Positions 1 to 10,361 are shown, counted from the first letter of the stretch. The stretch is 64,000 bases of DNA from Faecousia sp. (GCA_045537165.1 JAZSPA010000027.1:67-64066), one strand, 5' to 3'. Notes: generated by a model from the letters alone, not told the origin. Translations and numbers: made by a program.

Positions 1-936
1 GGAGGTCTCAGACACGTTCAGGTTGTTCTCGAAGAACTTGTTAATGGTAAACAAAGTTTCCTGATCCAACGCGTCGATGGTATTCTTCTTAAATACTTCC
101 GTCAGGAAAATATCGCACAAGGTAGTGGGCAGCTGATAGATCAGACGGCCGATGCCCAGGTTTTCGTAGTTAATAATGCTGCGCTCGGTGTCGAACACCT
201 TGCCCACATCAATAGCAGTCTGGGCTTCCTTATAAGAATCCGCCAGCTCCCGCAGATGCTCCGCCACCGTACCGATACCAATAACAGACTTGACAAACAG
301 CTCGCTCTTGAGCACATCCTCCATCTTCTTGGCGATACGCTCCAAATCCCCAGCGGTATACTTGGCAGGCAGCTGCTTGACAACAGCAATATCCGTTTCG
401 TTGATGGAGATCACAAAATCCTGCAGCTTATCGGGGAAATGGGCGGCCAAAACATCTACCGCCGCCACGTCGCTGCGACCCAGCTGCCGCACCAGATACA
501 CCGCTCTGGGGGCATCGGTGGCGAAGTGCAGTTCTTTTGCCCGGATGTAGATATCGCCAGGCAGGATGTTATCCATAATAATGTTCTTAACGAAAGTACC
601 ACGGTCGTGCTTTTCTTCGTAAAAGTTCTTGGCATCGTTCAGGCATATGTAAGCAAGACGGCAGTAATTCTTCGCCTGCTCATCATCGCCGGTGCAGAAC
701 ACCGCATACTCAAAAACGCCGGTGCTGCTCATAATACCCCGGAAGGTCTTCTGATTAAAGGTAACGGTACGCTCAGCGCTGGAAACCACCTTTACCACCG
801 CATCCGCCCAATGCTCACCCAACAAGGAAGGATCGGTGCTGGAAATCACGTGACCATCGGTATCAATAACACCAAAAGTGCGGTCAGTAGCCTCACGCAG
901 TTGCAAAATCACGCTTTGAAACACACTGTTAGACAT
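1..936 (-). CDS. CdaR/PucR-family transcriptional regulator (3'-truncated by window edge)
   Basis: Manual translation from ATG at 936 (RBS AAGGAG): MSNSVFQSVILQLREATDR...LADSYKEAQTAIDVGK...YENLGIGRLIYQLP...FFENNLNVSETS, leading into the PucR C-terminal HTH. Absent from the ORF track because it runs off the edge. Confidence 0.8.
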   Translation of the reverse strand, partial: MSNSVFQSVILQLREATDRTFGVIDTDGHVISSTDPSLLGEHWADAVVKVVSSAERTVTFNQKTFRGIMSSTGVFEYAVFCTGDDEQAKNYCRLAYICLNDAKNFYEEKHDRGTFVKNIIMDNILPGDIYIRAKELHFATDAPRAVYLVRQLGRSDVAAVDVLAAHFPDKLQDFVISINETDIAVVKQLPAKYTAGDLERIAKKMEDVLKSELFVKSVIGIGTVAEHLRELADSYKEAQTAIDVGKVFDTERSIINYENLGIGRLIYQLPTTLCDIFLTEVFKKNTIDALDQETLFTINKFFENNLNVSETS

Positions 937-1125
937 AATTTATGTTCTCCTTAAGTATTTTGCACAAATACATATTTCATAAAATTGCCCTATTAGTATA
1001 CACCTGTTTTCAGCATTTTGCAAGTGGCTTTTGTCATTTTTATGCAAAAGTGCCTCTCCGTTTTGTGAAAAATCCCGAAAAGGCAGGAAAAAAGCCGCCC
1101 GCAGGCGGCTATGCTTTCCGTTTTC

Positions 1126-1830
1126 TTATACAAAACCTTTGTGCAAAAAGTCCAGTTCCTCGTCTGTCAGCTCCCGGACCTGCCCCCTGGGCAGATCTCC
1201 CAATGTAAGGCCGCCCTCCTGAATGCGCTCCAAATAGGTCACCGGCATTCCCCGGCTGGCCATCATCCGACGCACCTGATGATACTTGCCCTCCCGCACG
1301 TGTACCATACTCTCTCCTGCGCCCAGCGGCTTTAACACCGCGCTGCGGCAAACGGTGCCGTCGCCTAACGTAAGGCCGGCAGCAAAGGCCTCCACATCCG
1401 CTTGCCCCGCACATCCCTCGTGGCGGGCATAGTATACCTTTTCCACACCCTTACCCGGACTTATCAGCTTATGCAGAAGTTCTCCGTCATTGGTAAAAAG
1501 CAGCAGCCCTTCCGTTGCCTTATCCAGCCGTCCCACCGGCTTTACATCCAGCCGGCGGTATTTGTCCGGAATCAGCTCCATCACCGTTCTTTCCTGCTTA
1601 TCTTCCGTAGCGGTTACGAAGCCAGCCGGCTTATTGAGCATCAGCACCACCGTTCCCACAGCATTTACCGGCTCACCATCTAAAAGAATCTTATTTTCCG
1701 GGCCGATTTTCCGGGCGCCGTCCTTTTCGGTTTTCCCGTCCACCGTCACCCGGCCAGCCTTCAAAATGCCCTTGATGGCGCTTCTGGTGGCAATGCCGCA
1801 ATTACACAGGAATTTGTCCAACCGTTCCAT
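1126..1830 (-). CDS. rsuA: RsuA-family rRNA pseudouridine synthase
   Basis: S4 domain (RLDKFL), LNKPAG and catalytic VGRLDKATEGLLL motif, EGKYHQVRRM. Confidence 0.85.
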   Translation of the reverse strand: MERLDKFLCNCGIATRSAIKGILKAGRVTVDGKTEKDGARKIGPENKILLDGEPVNAVGTVVLMLNKPAGFVTATEDKQERTVMELIPDKYRRLDVKPVGRLDKATEGLLLFTNDGELLHKLISPGKGVEKVYYARHEGCAGQADVEAFAAGLTLGDGTVCRSAVLKPLGAGESMVHVREGKYHQVRRMMASRGMPVTYLERIQEGGLTLGDLPRGQVRELTDEELDFLHKGFV

Positions 1831-1902
1831 AATTTCTCCGTTCTATCCCCCATAAGACAGGCATAGCCTTATAATGCCAATCAACTTCTGGAGGGATCTA
1901 TC

Positions 1903-2361
1903 ATGATGTTTCTGACCGCAAAGGTAGATATGAAAAAAATACTCATCGCATTGGCCGCCCTGGCAGGGGTCATTGTGGGAATCGTCCTGATCTTCAGCAA
2001 CACCGGCTCTGCGCCCACCGCTGCCCCCGGGGCTTCCGACAACGCAGCCCGGGTACAGTTTTTGGAAAATTACGGCTGGCAGGTCAATGCATCTCCCACC
2101 CAGTCCGGTCAGGTTAAGATTCCGGATAAGTCAAGCGAACTGTTCGACCGCTATAACGCCCTGCAAAAATCCCAGGGGTACGACCTGAGCCAGTATGCCG
2201 GCAAGACGGTTATGCGCTACGTTTACAAGGTAAACAATCTGCCCGGGGCAACCGACCCGGTGTACGCCACCATTTTGGTATACAAAGACCAGATCATCGG
2301 CGGCGATGTCACCGACACCTCCCCCAAGGGCGTGGTGCGGGGCTTCACCTTTCCGAATTGA
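1903..2361 (+). CDS. DUF4830-like membrane-anchored protein
   Basis: N-terminal TM; FLENYGWQV...YNALQKSQGYDLSQYAGKTV.RY.Y...IIGGDV pattern. Confidence 0.65.
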   Translation: MMFLTAKVDMKKILIALAALAGVIVGIVLIFSNTGSAPTAAPGASDNAARVQFLENYGWQVNASPTQSGQVKIPDKSSELFDRYNALQKSQGYDLSQYAGKTVMRYVYKVNNLPGATDPVYATILVYKDQIIGGDVTDTSPKGVVRGFTFPN

Positions 2362-2471
2362 CAATGGACAGTGGACAATTGACAATGAAGGTGTCGGCAA
2401 AGCCGACAAAATTTAATGTATTGCGGAGCAATACCATAATTGTCAATTATCAATTGTCAATTGTAAATTAA
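2356..2471. repeat. Heptamer-flanked twin-hairpin intergenic element, copy A
   Basis: (AATTGAC)n - TGTCGGC AAA GCCGACA - GTATTGC GGA GCAATAC - (AATTGTC)n; related copy at 7361-7475. Confidence 0.75.
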
Positions 2472-2492
2472 GTATACCACATTCCCATTGAC

Positions 2493-2521
2493 TTGACAAC
2501 CGCTTCCAGCCGTGCTATTCT
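2493..2521 (+). promoter_or_regulatory. Sigma-A-type promoter of riboswitch/ribU
   Basis: TTGACA-17 nt-TATTCT with TG extension, just upstream of the riboswitch. Confidence 0.6.
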
Positions 2522-2534
2522 TGTTAAAAATAGC

Positions 2535-2642
2535 TTTTCAGGGCAGGGTGAGATCCCCGACCGGCGGTAAAGTCCGCGAGTGCTTTTGCACTGAACTGGT
2601 GTGATTCCAGTACCGACAGTAAAGTCTGGATGAAAGAAAAGC
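2535..2642 (+). promoter_or_regulatory. FMN riboswitch (RFN element)
   Basis: TCAGGGCAGGGTGAGATCCCCGACCGGCGGTAAAGTCCGCGA...CTGGTGTGATTCCAGTACCGACAGTAAAGTCTGGATGAAAGAA matches the RFN consensus; followed by terminator GCGCCCTGAG..CTCAGGGCGTTTTTT (2661-2691). Confidence 0.95.
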
Positions 2643-2708
2643 GTGGCTTTGCCATCTTTTGCGCCCTGAGTGTATGCTCAGGGCGTTTTTTACAGAAAGG
2701 ATATGCTT

Positions 2709-3359
2709 ATGAAGAAAGAAGCTTCTGTCAAGCAAGTGGTTTTGCTGGCTATGCTCTGCGCCGTCAGCTTCCTGGCAGTTGCCACCATCCGCATTCCGGT
2801 GGTGCTGTTTTTGAATTACGAGCCCAAGGACGTGGTAATCACCGTAGGCGGCTTTTTGCTGGGGCCTATGGCCAGCCTGGTCGTGTCCTTGGTAGTGTCC
2901 TTAATTGAGATGTTTACCATCTCTTCCACCGGCCCTATCGGCGCTGTGATGAATATGCTCAGCACCTGCGCCTTTGCCTGCACCGCCAGCTTGATCTACA
3001 AGAAAAAGCACACCCTTGCAGGCGCTGTACTGGGATTGCTGACCGGCTCTATCCTGATGATCGGAGCCATGCTTTTGTGGAACTATCTCATCACCCCCCT
3101 TTATATGACGGGCACTTCCCGGGAATCGGTAGCAGCTATGCTCATCCCGGTGTTTCTGCCCTTCAACGCCCTGAAAGCCGGTCTGAATACCGCCTTCACC
3201 CTGGCGCTCTACAAGCCCCTTGTAAGCGCTCTGCGGAAAACCGGCCTGATCCCCAAAAGCGCAGCGCCTTCCAAAAATAAGCTTGGCGCTTATATTTTTG
3301 CCGGCATCCTGCTCATCACCTGCATTTTGCTTTTGCTGGTATATCGGGGTATTCTCTGA
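2709..3359 (+). CDS. ribU: ECF transporter S component, riboflavin (RibU)
   Basis: FLNYEPKDV...PFNALK motifs, hydrophobic, directly downstream of the FMN riboswitch. Confidence 0.85.
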   Translation: MKKEASVKQVVLLAMLCAVSFLAVATIRIPVVLFLNYEPKDVVITVGGFLLGPMASLVVSLVVSLIEMFTISSTGPIGAVMNMLSTCAFACTASLIYKKKHTLAGAVLGLLTGSILMIGAMLLWNYLITPLYMTGTSRESVAAMLIPVFLPFNALKAGLNTAFTLALYKPLVSALRKTGLIPKSAAPSKNKLGAYIFAGILLITCILLLLVYRGIL

Positions 3360-3368
3360 TCCTATTTC

Positions 3369-3401
3369 GACGCTCCTTACCCAAAAGGAGCGTCGTTTTT
3401 T
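3369..3401 (+). terminator. Intrinsic terminator
   Basis: CGACGCTCCTT...AAGGAGCGTCG followed by a T-run. Confidence 0.7.
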
Positions 3402-3559
3402 GCCCCATAATCCCAGATACTGTCAATACGCACAGAAATTACAAGAATTTTTTAGACAAAATTGCTCTTTCGAAACGATCGAAAATATGGTATGGTATTT
3501 ATGGCAATATATTTCTATTTATATCCATGTATATCATTTTAACATAAGGAGCTGTGACC

Positions 3560-4747
3560 ATGTACTTCCAGAAAAAACGCTGCATCGCCATGCTCCTGGC
3601 CGGAGGCCAGGGCAGCCGTCTGAAAGTTCTGACGGAGAACACCGCAAAGCCTGCCGTTCCCTTTGGCGGCAAATACCGCATTATCGACTTCCCCTTAAGC
3701 AACTGTGTCAACTCCGGCATCGATACCGTGGGCATTCTAACCCAGTATCAGCCTTTGGAGCTTAATGAGTACATCGGTAACGGCCAGCCCTGGGGTCTTA
3801 ACAAGAGCCGCTGCTGCGCCCAGGTGCTGCCCCCCTACGCCCAGGCTGCCAAGAGCGAATGGTATAAAGGCACAGCCAACGCTATTTATCAGAACATCCC
3901 CTTTATTGAGCGCTTCGATCCGGAGTACGTGCTGATCCTCTCCGGCGACCATATTTACAAGATGGATTACGCTGCTATGATCAATCACCACGAGAAGACC
4001 GGCGCTGACTGCACCATCGCCGTCCGTGACGTGCCTATCGAGGAAGCCAGCCGCTTCGGCATTATGAACACCAACCCTGACGGCACGATCTATGAATTTG
4101 AGGAAAAGCCCAAGGTTCCTAAGTCCACCAACGCCTCCATGGGTATTTACGTATTTAACTGGAAGGTGCTGCGTAAATTCCTCATTGACGACGAAGCCGA
4201 TCCCACTTCTGAAAACGACTTCGGTAAGAACATCATCCCCAGCCTCTTAAACACCGGCCACAAGCTGATGGCCTATGCCTTTAACGGCTATTGGAAGGAC
4301 GTGGGAACCATCGATTCTCTGTGGGAAGCCAATATGGAGCTTCTGGGCAAAAATCCGGAATTCAACATCCGGGGCGACGAAGCTACCCGTATTTATGCCC
4401 GTAACAACGCCCACCCCTCCAGCTACATCGATCCTAAGGCCAAGACCGTCAACTGCTTCATCGCCGAAGGCTCTGAGGTTTACGGCAGCGTCCGCCACAG
4501 CATCGTTTCTACCGGCTGCTACATTGGCGAGGGCGCATTGGTGGAAGATTCCGTTATCATGCCTGGCGCTGTTATCGAATCCGGCGCCATCGTCCGCCAC
4601 GCTATTTTGGGTGAAGGCAGTAAGATCTGCAAGGGCGCTGTTGTTGGCGGCGCGTTTGCTGCCGGCGAAACCAAGAAGATCAGCGTCACTGCCAAAAACG
4701 CTGTATTACAGCCCAACGCCGTGCTGCTGCCCGGCGAAATGATCTAA
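3560..4747 (+). CDS. glgC: Glucose-1-phosphate adenylyltransferase
   Basis: [44 protein letters not shown]. Confidence 0.95.
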   Translation: MYFQKKRCIAMLLAGGQGSRLKVLTENTAKPAVPFGGKYRIIDFPLSNCVNSGIDTVGILTQYQPLELNEYIGNGQPWGLNKSRCCAQVLPPYAQAAKSEWYKGTANAIYQNIPFIERFDPEYVLILSGDHIYKMDYAAMINHHEKTGADCTIAVRDVPIEEASRFGIMNTNPDGTIYEFEEKPKVPKSTNASMGIYVFNWKVLRKFLIDDEADPTSENDFGKNIIPSLLNTGHKLMAYAFNGYWKDVGTIDSLWEANMELLGKNPEFNIRGDEATRIYARNNAHPSSYIDPKAKTVNCFIAEGSEVYGSVRHSIVSTGCYIGEGALVEDSVIMPGAVIESGAIVRHAILGEGSKICKGAVVGGAFAAGETKKISVTAKNAVLQPNAVLLPGEMI

Positions 4748-4763
4748 GGGGGTAAGAAGTATT

Positions 4764-5885
4764 ATGACAGCAATGGGAATTATTTTTGCAAATATTTATG
4801 ACAGCTCTTTAGGTCAGCTTACCAACAAGCGTACCATGGCCAGCCTGCCCTTTGGCGGCCGTTACCGTCAGATCGACTTCACCCTTTCCAATATGGCCAA
4901 CTCCGGCATCCGCCGCATTGGCATCATCTCCCGTTACAATTACCAGTCTCTGATGAACCACATCGGCTCCGGCGCGGAATGGAACTTAGAGCTGGAAGAG
5001 GGCGGCCTGGAATTTATGACCCCCTATGCTTTGGGCGACAGCGTTGCCGGCTACCGGGGCAAGCTGGAGGCCCTCCATTCCGTTCGCGAGTACTTAGACT
5101 ATGGCCGTCAGGATGACTATGTGATCCTGTCCGATTCCGGCGTGCTTTGCAACATTGACCTGAACAAGGCTTTGGAGGCTCATATCGCCAGCGGCAAGGA
5201 CGTGACCGTCATCACCGCAGAAGGCGTTTCCAACGGCAAGAAGCGGCTGGATATGGCCTTTAAGGTAGACGAAGCCGGTGAGATCACCGATGTGGCGGTG
5301 GACTACGTTGCCCCCGAGGGCTACCTGGCCTCCACCGGTATGTTCATCATCGCCCGGGATCTGCTGCTGCACCACGTTAAGGAAGCCGTTGCCCGCAGCT
5401 TGTATCGCTTTGAGCGGGATTTCCTGCTGCGCCAGTACCAGGCCGGCAACCTGACCATGAATATCTACCGTTTTGACGGCGTTACCCTGTATAACGAATC
5501 CACAGAAGAATACTACGCCAGCAACCTGGCTATCCTGGACGAAAACGTACGTCAGGGTCTTTTCAAGAAGGAGCACCCCATTTACACCAAGGTCCGTGAC
5601 CGTGTTCCCTCCTACTACGGCGAAGATTGCCATATCGAGAATTGCTCCGTTGCCGACGGCTGTATGCTGGAAGGCACGGTACGCAATTCTGTCCTGTTCC
5701 GTCAGGTCACGGTAAGCGCAGGCGCTGAAATCGACGATTGCGTCATTATGAACGATACGGTAGTCGGTGAAAACTGCCAGCTCAAGTGCGTCATCCTGGA
5801 CAAGGACGTTGTGGTTCGCCCCGGCGCACGGCTTATCGGCACACCCAGCGCCCCTGTCATCATTAAACGAGGTGAGATCGTATGA
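4764..5885 (+). CDS. glgD: GlgD subunit of ADP-glucose pyrophosphorylase
   Basis: RTMASLPFGGRYRQIDF, IYTKVRD; follows glgC. Confidence 0.92.
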   Translation: MTAMGIIFANIYDSSLGQLTNKRTMASLPFGGRYRQIDFTLSNMANSGIRRIGIISRYNYQSLMNHIGSGAEWNLELEEGGLEFMTPYALGDSVAGYRGKLEALHSVREYLDYGRQDDYVILSDSGVLCNIDLNKALEAHIASGKDVTVITAEGVSNGKKRLDMAFKVDEAGEITDVAVDYVAPEGYLASTGMFIIARDLLLHHVKEAVARSLYRFERDFLLRQYQAGNLTMNIYRFDGVTLYNESTEEYYASNLAILDENVRQGLFKKEHPIYTKVRDRVPSYYGEDCHIENCSVADGCMLEGTVRNSVLFRQVTVSAGAEIDDCVIMNDTVVGENCQLKCVILDKDVVVRPGARLIGTPSAPVIIKRGEIV

Positions 5886-7324
5886 GAATTGCCATCTTAG
5901 CCTCCGAAGGCGCGCCCTATGTAAAATCCGGCGGTCTTGGGGACGTGATGGAAGCGCTGCCTGCGGCTCTTTCCCGGATCGAAGGCAACGAAGTCGTTTT
6001 GATCCTCCCCTACTATAAAAAGATCTTAGAAAATCCCGCTTACGAAGTAGAACTGGTTTCCCAGTTCCACGTGGCTTTGGGTTGGCGGCAGCAGTATGCC
6101 GGTATTTACCGCCTGAAAAACCGGGCGGACAAGGTGCAGGTGTATTTCATCGATAACCTGTATTACTTTGGTGGCCGCACCGGCCCTATCTACGGCGATA
6201 TGGACGACGGCGAGCGGTTTGCTTACTTCTCCAAAGCCTGTCTGGATGCCCTGGTGTGCTTAGATTTCATCCCCGATGTGATCCAGTGTAACGACTGGCA
6301 GACCGCCCTTGTTCCCACCTTCCTGAAGGCTCGCTACAGCGCCCTGTTCCCGGGTACCAAGTGCATGTTCACCATCCATAATGTGGAATATCAGGGCTGG
6401 GGACACGGTGATTTCTTTGACGATGTGCTGGCGCTGCCCTGGGATTACCGTGGCTGCCTGGATATGAACGGCGCAGTGAACGTGATGAAGGGCGCTATCG
6501 AGTGCGCCGACCTGGTCACCACCGTTTCGGAAACCTATGCTAAGGAACTGATGTATCCCTACTATGCCCACGGCCTGGACGGCGTCCTGAGCGCCGCCGC
6601 CTGGAAGCTCACCGGCATCACCAACGGTATTGATACGGGTACCTTTAACCCCAATACCGACCCGGCGCTCCCCGTCCACTACAGCCTGCGAAACTACCGC
6701 AAGGGCAAAGCCGCCTGTAAAGCCGCTTTGCAGGAGGAAGTGGGTCTTCCCCTGCGGCCTGACGTACCGCTGATGGTTATGGTCACCCGCCTTGCCGGCC
6801 ACAAGGGCTTGGATCTGCTGTGCCACATTGCCCGCCGGCTTATGTGGGAGGAAGATTGTCAGCTGCTGATTTTGGGCACAGGCGAACCCCAGTTTGAAAA
6901 CTTCTTCCGGGATCTTTCCCGGGAATTCCCCGACCGGGTGGCCGCCAAGATCACCTTCAATTTGGGTCTTGCCGCCCGGATCTACGCAGGCGGTGACATC
7001 TATCTGATGCCCTCTAAATCCGAGCCCTGCGGCTTAAGCCAGATGAACGCCATGCGCTACGGCACTGTGCCGGTTGTCCACGCCACCGGCGGCTTGAAGG
7101 ATACAGTCCCTCCCGCCAACGAAAAAGGCGAAGAGGGTCTGGGCTTTACCTTCCAAAGCTACAATGCCGACGATTTTATGGGCGCTATCAAGCGTGCGCT
7201 GCACCTGTACCGGGATGATCCGGATGCCTTCCGCGCTCTGCAGCGTCGGGGTATGCAGCAGGACTTCAGCTGGGATAAGCCCGCCCAGCGCTATATGGAA
7301 CTGTTTAAGCAAATGCTTAACTAA
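5882..7324 (+). CDS. glgA: Glycogen synthase
   Basis: KSGGLGDV, NDWQT, LMPSKSEPCGLSQM. Confidence 0.95.
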   Translation: MRIAILASEGAPYVKSGGLGDVMEALPAALSRIEGNEVVLILPYYKKILENPAYEVELVSQFHVALGWRQQYAGIYRLKNRADKVQVYFIDNLYYFGGRTGPIYGDMDDGERFAYFSKACLDALVCLDFIPDVIQCNDWQTALVPTFLKARYSALFPGTKCMFTIHNVEYQGWGHGDFFDDVLALPWDYRGCLDMNGAVNVMKGAIECADLVTTVSETYAKELMYPYYAHGLDGVLSAAAWKLTGITNGIDTGTFNPNTDPALPVHYSLRNYRKGKAACKAALQEEVGLPLRPDVPLMVMVTRLAGHKGLDLLCHIARRLMWEEDCQLLILGTGEPQFENFFRDLSREFPDRVAAKITFNLGLAARIYAGGDIYLMPSKSEPCGLSQMNAMRYGTVPVVHATGGLKDTVPPANEKGEEGLGFTFQSYNADDFMGAIKRALHLYRDDPDAFRALQRRGMQQDFSWDKPAQRYMELFKQMLN

Positions 7325-7325
7325 A

Positions 7326-7360
7326 AAGACAGCCTGTTGCTTCACGCAACAGGCTGTCTT
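7326..7360. terminator. Terminator hairpin after glgA
   Basis: AAGACAGCCTGTTGC-5 nt-GCAACAGGCTGTCTT, perfect 15-bp stem. Confidence 0.7.
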
Positions 7361-7475
7361 CAATTATAAATTATAAATTACAAGTTACAAATGAATATGT
7401 CGGCTTTGCCGACTATTTTAATATATCGCGCAGCGATACAACAATTGTCAATTGTCAATTGTCAATTATCAATTC
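7361..7475. repeat. Heptamer-flanked twin-hairpin intergenic element, copy B
   Basis: (AATTATA/AATTACA)n - GTCGGC TTT GCCGAC - TATCGC GCA GCGATA - (AATTGTC)n. Confidence 0.75.
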
Positions 7476-7546
7476 CCCTTGTTCTTCCCTTGATTTTTGG
7501 GGCAAAATCCAGTATTCTATAGGCAGTAACAATTGGGGAGTTTTAT

Positions 7547-9391
7547 ATGCGTATTCTTTATAATTCCAAAGAGCTTTTTCATAAAGATCCTTTCGGTACG
7601 TTAGTGCCGGGGCAGGATTGCCGGCTCAGCATCCACGTGCCTTGTAGTGTGGGCGCAACCGGTGTGCAATGCATCTTAAGCCACGAAGACGGCACTGCCG
7701 CCCTGACGGTGGATATGCCCCTTTCCGGGCAAAAAGGCGCTTACGATGTATTTACCGGCACATTCTCCTTTGACGAGCCGGGTCTTTATTTCTATTATTT
7801 CTCTGTAATTAAAAAAAGCGGCGCATTCCGCCTGTTTAAGCAGGGTAGCGAAACCAATATGGAAGCCGGCGATCTGTGGCAGGTCAGTTGTGTGCCTGCT
7901 GATTTCACCACCCCGGACTGGGCCAAGGGCGCAACCATTTATCAGGTGTTCCCCGACCGGTTCTGCAAAGCAGGAGATTGCGACTTAACCGGCAAGCTGC
8001 AGCCCTATACCGTCCACGAAAAATGGGATGAGGAAGTTTCCTGGCGGCCTACGGAAGAGGGACTGGTGCTGAATAACGATTTCTACGGCGGCAATTTCAA
8101 AGGCATTACCCAGAAGCTGCCCTATATCGCCTCTTTGGGCGCAACGATTTTGTACCTGAATCCCATCGGCAAGGCCTTTTCCAGCCACCGGTACGACACC
8201 GGCGACTATAAGACCCCCGACCCCATGCTGGGTACGCTGGAAGATTTCCGTCAGCTTTGTGATACGGCTCACCAGCTGGGCATAAAGGTAATTTTGGACG
8301 GTGTGTTCTCCCACACCGGTTCAAACAGCCTGTATTTTGACAAAAACCGCAGCTTTGGCGGCGATGGCGCATACTGCTCTAAAAACTCTCCTTACTATAG
8401 CTGGTACACCTTCCACCAATGGCCAAATAGCTACGTTAGCTGGTGGGACTTTGATACCCTGCCTACCGTTAACAAGCACGACCCGGCATTCCTGGATTAT
8501 ATTATCCGCGCTGACGACAGCGTAGTTGCCCACTGGCTGAATAACGGCGCTGACGGCTTCCGCCTGGACGTGGCTGACGAGCTGCCTAACGAATTTATGG
8601 ATATCCTTAAAAAACGGGTGCGGGAGATCCGCCCCGATGCCCTTATAATGGGCGAGGTGTGGGAGGATGCCTCCAACAAGGTGGCCTACGACGTGCGCCG
8701 CCGGTACTTTGTGGACGGCACGCTGGACAGCTGTATGAACTACCCCTTCCGCACCGCTATTTTGAATTTTACCAAAGACCGGGACGACGGCAGCAGCCTG
8801 AAAGAAGCGGTTATGACCATTGCGGAAAATTACCCCGCTCAAGTCCTTGCCTGCAATATGAACCTGCTAGGCAGCCACGACACTCCCCGCATCCTCACCG
8901 CATTGGTGGACGATTATGACGGTCCCCGGGAGGTACGAGCCACCCGGAAACTGTCCAAAGCTCAGCGGCAGATCGCCCAGGATCGGCTGTATTTGGCTAC
9001 CTTCCTGCAGTATACCCTCCCCGGCGCCCCCAGTATCTACTATGGTGATGAAGCCGGTATGGAAGGCTCTAAAGACCCCTTCAACCGCCGCACCTTCCCC
9101 TGGGGAGAGGAAGACCCCGACCTGCTGCGGCACTATCGGCAATTAGGCCGCCTGCGTCAAGAGCAGGAAGCTTTGCGCCTTGGCGACATCCGCTTTTTCC
9201 AAGCCCAGGACGGCCAGCTAGGCTTCACCAGAAGCTATCGTGGCAAAACCCTTCGGGTGTATATCAACCGCGCCCCCGATGCCTGGGCCATCCCCGCCGG
9301 CAAGGTGGTCTTTGCCCAGAATCTGCGCTCTGTCGCTCCGGAATTTCTAGAGCTTGCCCCTATGGGCCTGTGCGTCACAGAGGACGAATAA
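7547..9391 (+). CDS. GH13 glycosidase (neopullulanase/amylopullulanase-like)
   Basis: YQVFPDRF, HRYDTGDY, DGVFSH, DGFRLDVADEL, GEVWEDAS, LGSHDT. Confidence 0.9.
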   Translation: MRILYNSKELFHKDPFGTLVPGQDCRLSIHVPCSVGATGVQCILSHEDGTAALTVDMPLSGQKGAYDVFTGTFSFDEPGLYFYYFSVIKKSGAFRLFKQGSETNMEAGDLWQVSCVPADFTTPDWAKGATIYQVFPDRFCKAGDCDLTGKLQPYTVHEKWDEEVSWRPTEEGLVLNNDFYGGNFKGITQKLPYIASLGATILYLNPIGKAFSSHRYDTGDYKTPDPMLGTLEDFRQLCDTAHQLGIKVILDGVFSHTGSNSLYFDKNRSFGGDGAYCSKNSPYYSWYTFHQWPNSYVSWWDFDTLPTVNKHDPAFLDYIIRADDSVVAHWLNNGADGFRLDVADELPNEFMDILKKRVREIRPDALIMGEVWEDASNKVAYDVRRRYFVDGTLDSCMNYPFRTAILNFTKDRDDGSSLKEAVMTIAENYPAQVLACNMNLLGSHDTPRILTALVDDYDGPREVRATRKLSKAQRQIAQDRLYLATFLQYTLPGAPSIYYGDEAGMEGSKDPFNRRTFPWGEEDPDLLRHYRQLGRLRQEQEALRLGDIRFFQAQDGQLGFTRSYRGKTLRVYINRAPDAWAIPAGKVVFAQNLRSVAPEFLELAPMGLCVTEDE

Positions 9392-9568
9392 ATGGAAATA
9401 GAGCAGTTCTTTTCCGGCTATTGCCGTGTGCTGGATCATAGCCGCACCGTTTGCGCTGTTAAGGAAAACGATGCGCTTCTGGAAGCGGATTGCGACTACC
9501 CCTCCTGCCCCCATTTTAAAGAATGCACCATCGCCCAAAGCATTACTGCATTTTTAGAAAAGGAGTGA
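9392..9568 (+). CDS. Small Cys-rich hypothetical protein (58 aa)
   Basis: MEIEQFFSGYCRVLDHSRTVCAVKENDALLEADCDYPSCPHFKECTIAQSITAFLEKE; abuts the GH13 stop (TAAATG) and fills the gap to the next gene. Confidence 0.65.
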   Translation: MEIEQFFSGYCRVLDHSRTVCAVKENDALLEADCDYPSCPHFKECTIAQSITAFLEKE

Positions 9569-9572
9569 TTTT

Positions 9573-10298
9573 ATGCTCAAATATGAAATCGAAGGCGGCA
9601 GCCTGCCGGTAGTGATCTGCTACCCGGAGGCAGGTCAAACGCTGTGCACCCAGTCCGGCGCTATGAGCTGGATGAGTCCCAACATGGAAATGGCCACCAA
9701 TGCCGGCGGCTTCAAAAAAGCCTTTGGCAGGCTTTTCTCCGGAGAATCCATCTTTTTGAATGAGTACACCCCTCAGGGCGGCAGCGGCATGATCGCCTTT
9801 GCCTCCACTTTCCCCGGCTCTATCATCCCCTATCAGGTCACACCCGGTCACGGTATCATCGTGCAAAAACGGGGTTTTCTGGCTATGGAAAAGGGCTTGG
9901 AGCTTTCTGTTTACTTCCAAAGAAAACTGAGCAAGGGTTTCTTTGGCGGTGAAGGCTTCATTATGCAAAAGGTGCAAGGCAACGGTCTTGTATTTTTGGA
10001 GATCGATGGCTATTGCAAGGAATATGAGCTGGGTGTAGGCGAAAGCATTATCGTGGATACCGGCTATTTAGCCGCTATGACCGATACCTGCACCATGGAT
10101 GTCCAAACCGTAAAGGGCGCAAAGAACATCTTCCTGGGCGGTGAAGGTCTGTTCCACACCCGCATCACCGGCCCGGGCAAGGTGTACATCCAATCTATGC
10201 CCCTTTTAAATACTGCCCAGGCCCTGTCCCCCTATATCCAGGTGCAGAGCGATAACGACAACAACGGAGGCGGCTTCAGCATCCGTTTGGGCGACTAA
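9573..10298 (+). CDS. AIM24/TIGR00266 family protein
   Basis: GAMSWMS, FSGESIF, FFGGEGFIMQK, VDTGYL, GPGKVYIQSMP. Confidence 0.85.
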   Translation: MLKYEIEGGSLPVVICYPEAGQTLCTQSGAMSWMSPNMEMATNAGGFKKAFGRLFSGESIFLNEYTPQGGSGMIAFASTFPGSIIPYQVTPGHGIIVQKRGFLAMEKGLELSVYFQRKLSKGFFGGEGFIMQKVQGNGLVFLEIDGYCKEYELGVGESIIVDTGYLAAMTDTCTMDVQTVKGAKNIFLGGEGLFHTRITGPGKVYIQSMPLLNTAQALSPYIQVQSDNDNNGGGFSIRLGD

Positions 10299-10319
10299 GG
10301 CCACCAACCCCACTATATC

Positions 10320-10361
10320 AAAAAGAGTGTCCACTTTTTAGTGGACACTCTTTTTTCTTAT
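10320..10361. repeat. Bidirectional terminator palindrome, direct-repeat copy 1
   Basis: AAAAAGAGTGTCCACTTTTTAGTGGACACTCTTTTT is identical to 11060-11095. Confidence 0.85.

Noticed and set aside
256-954. 232-aa plus-strand ORF
   Set aside because: Antisense to the CdaR/PucR regulator on the minus strand
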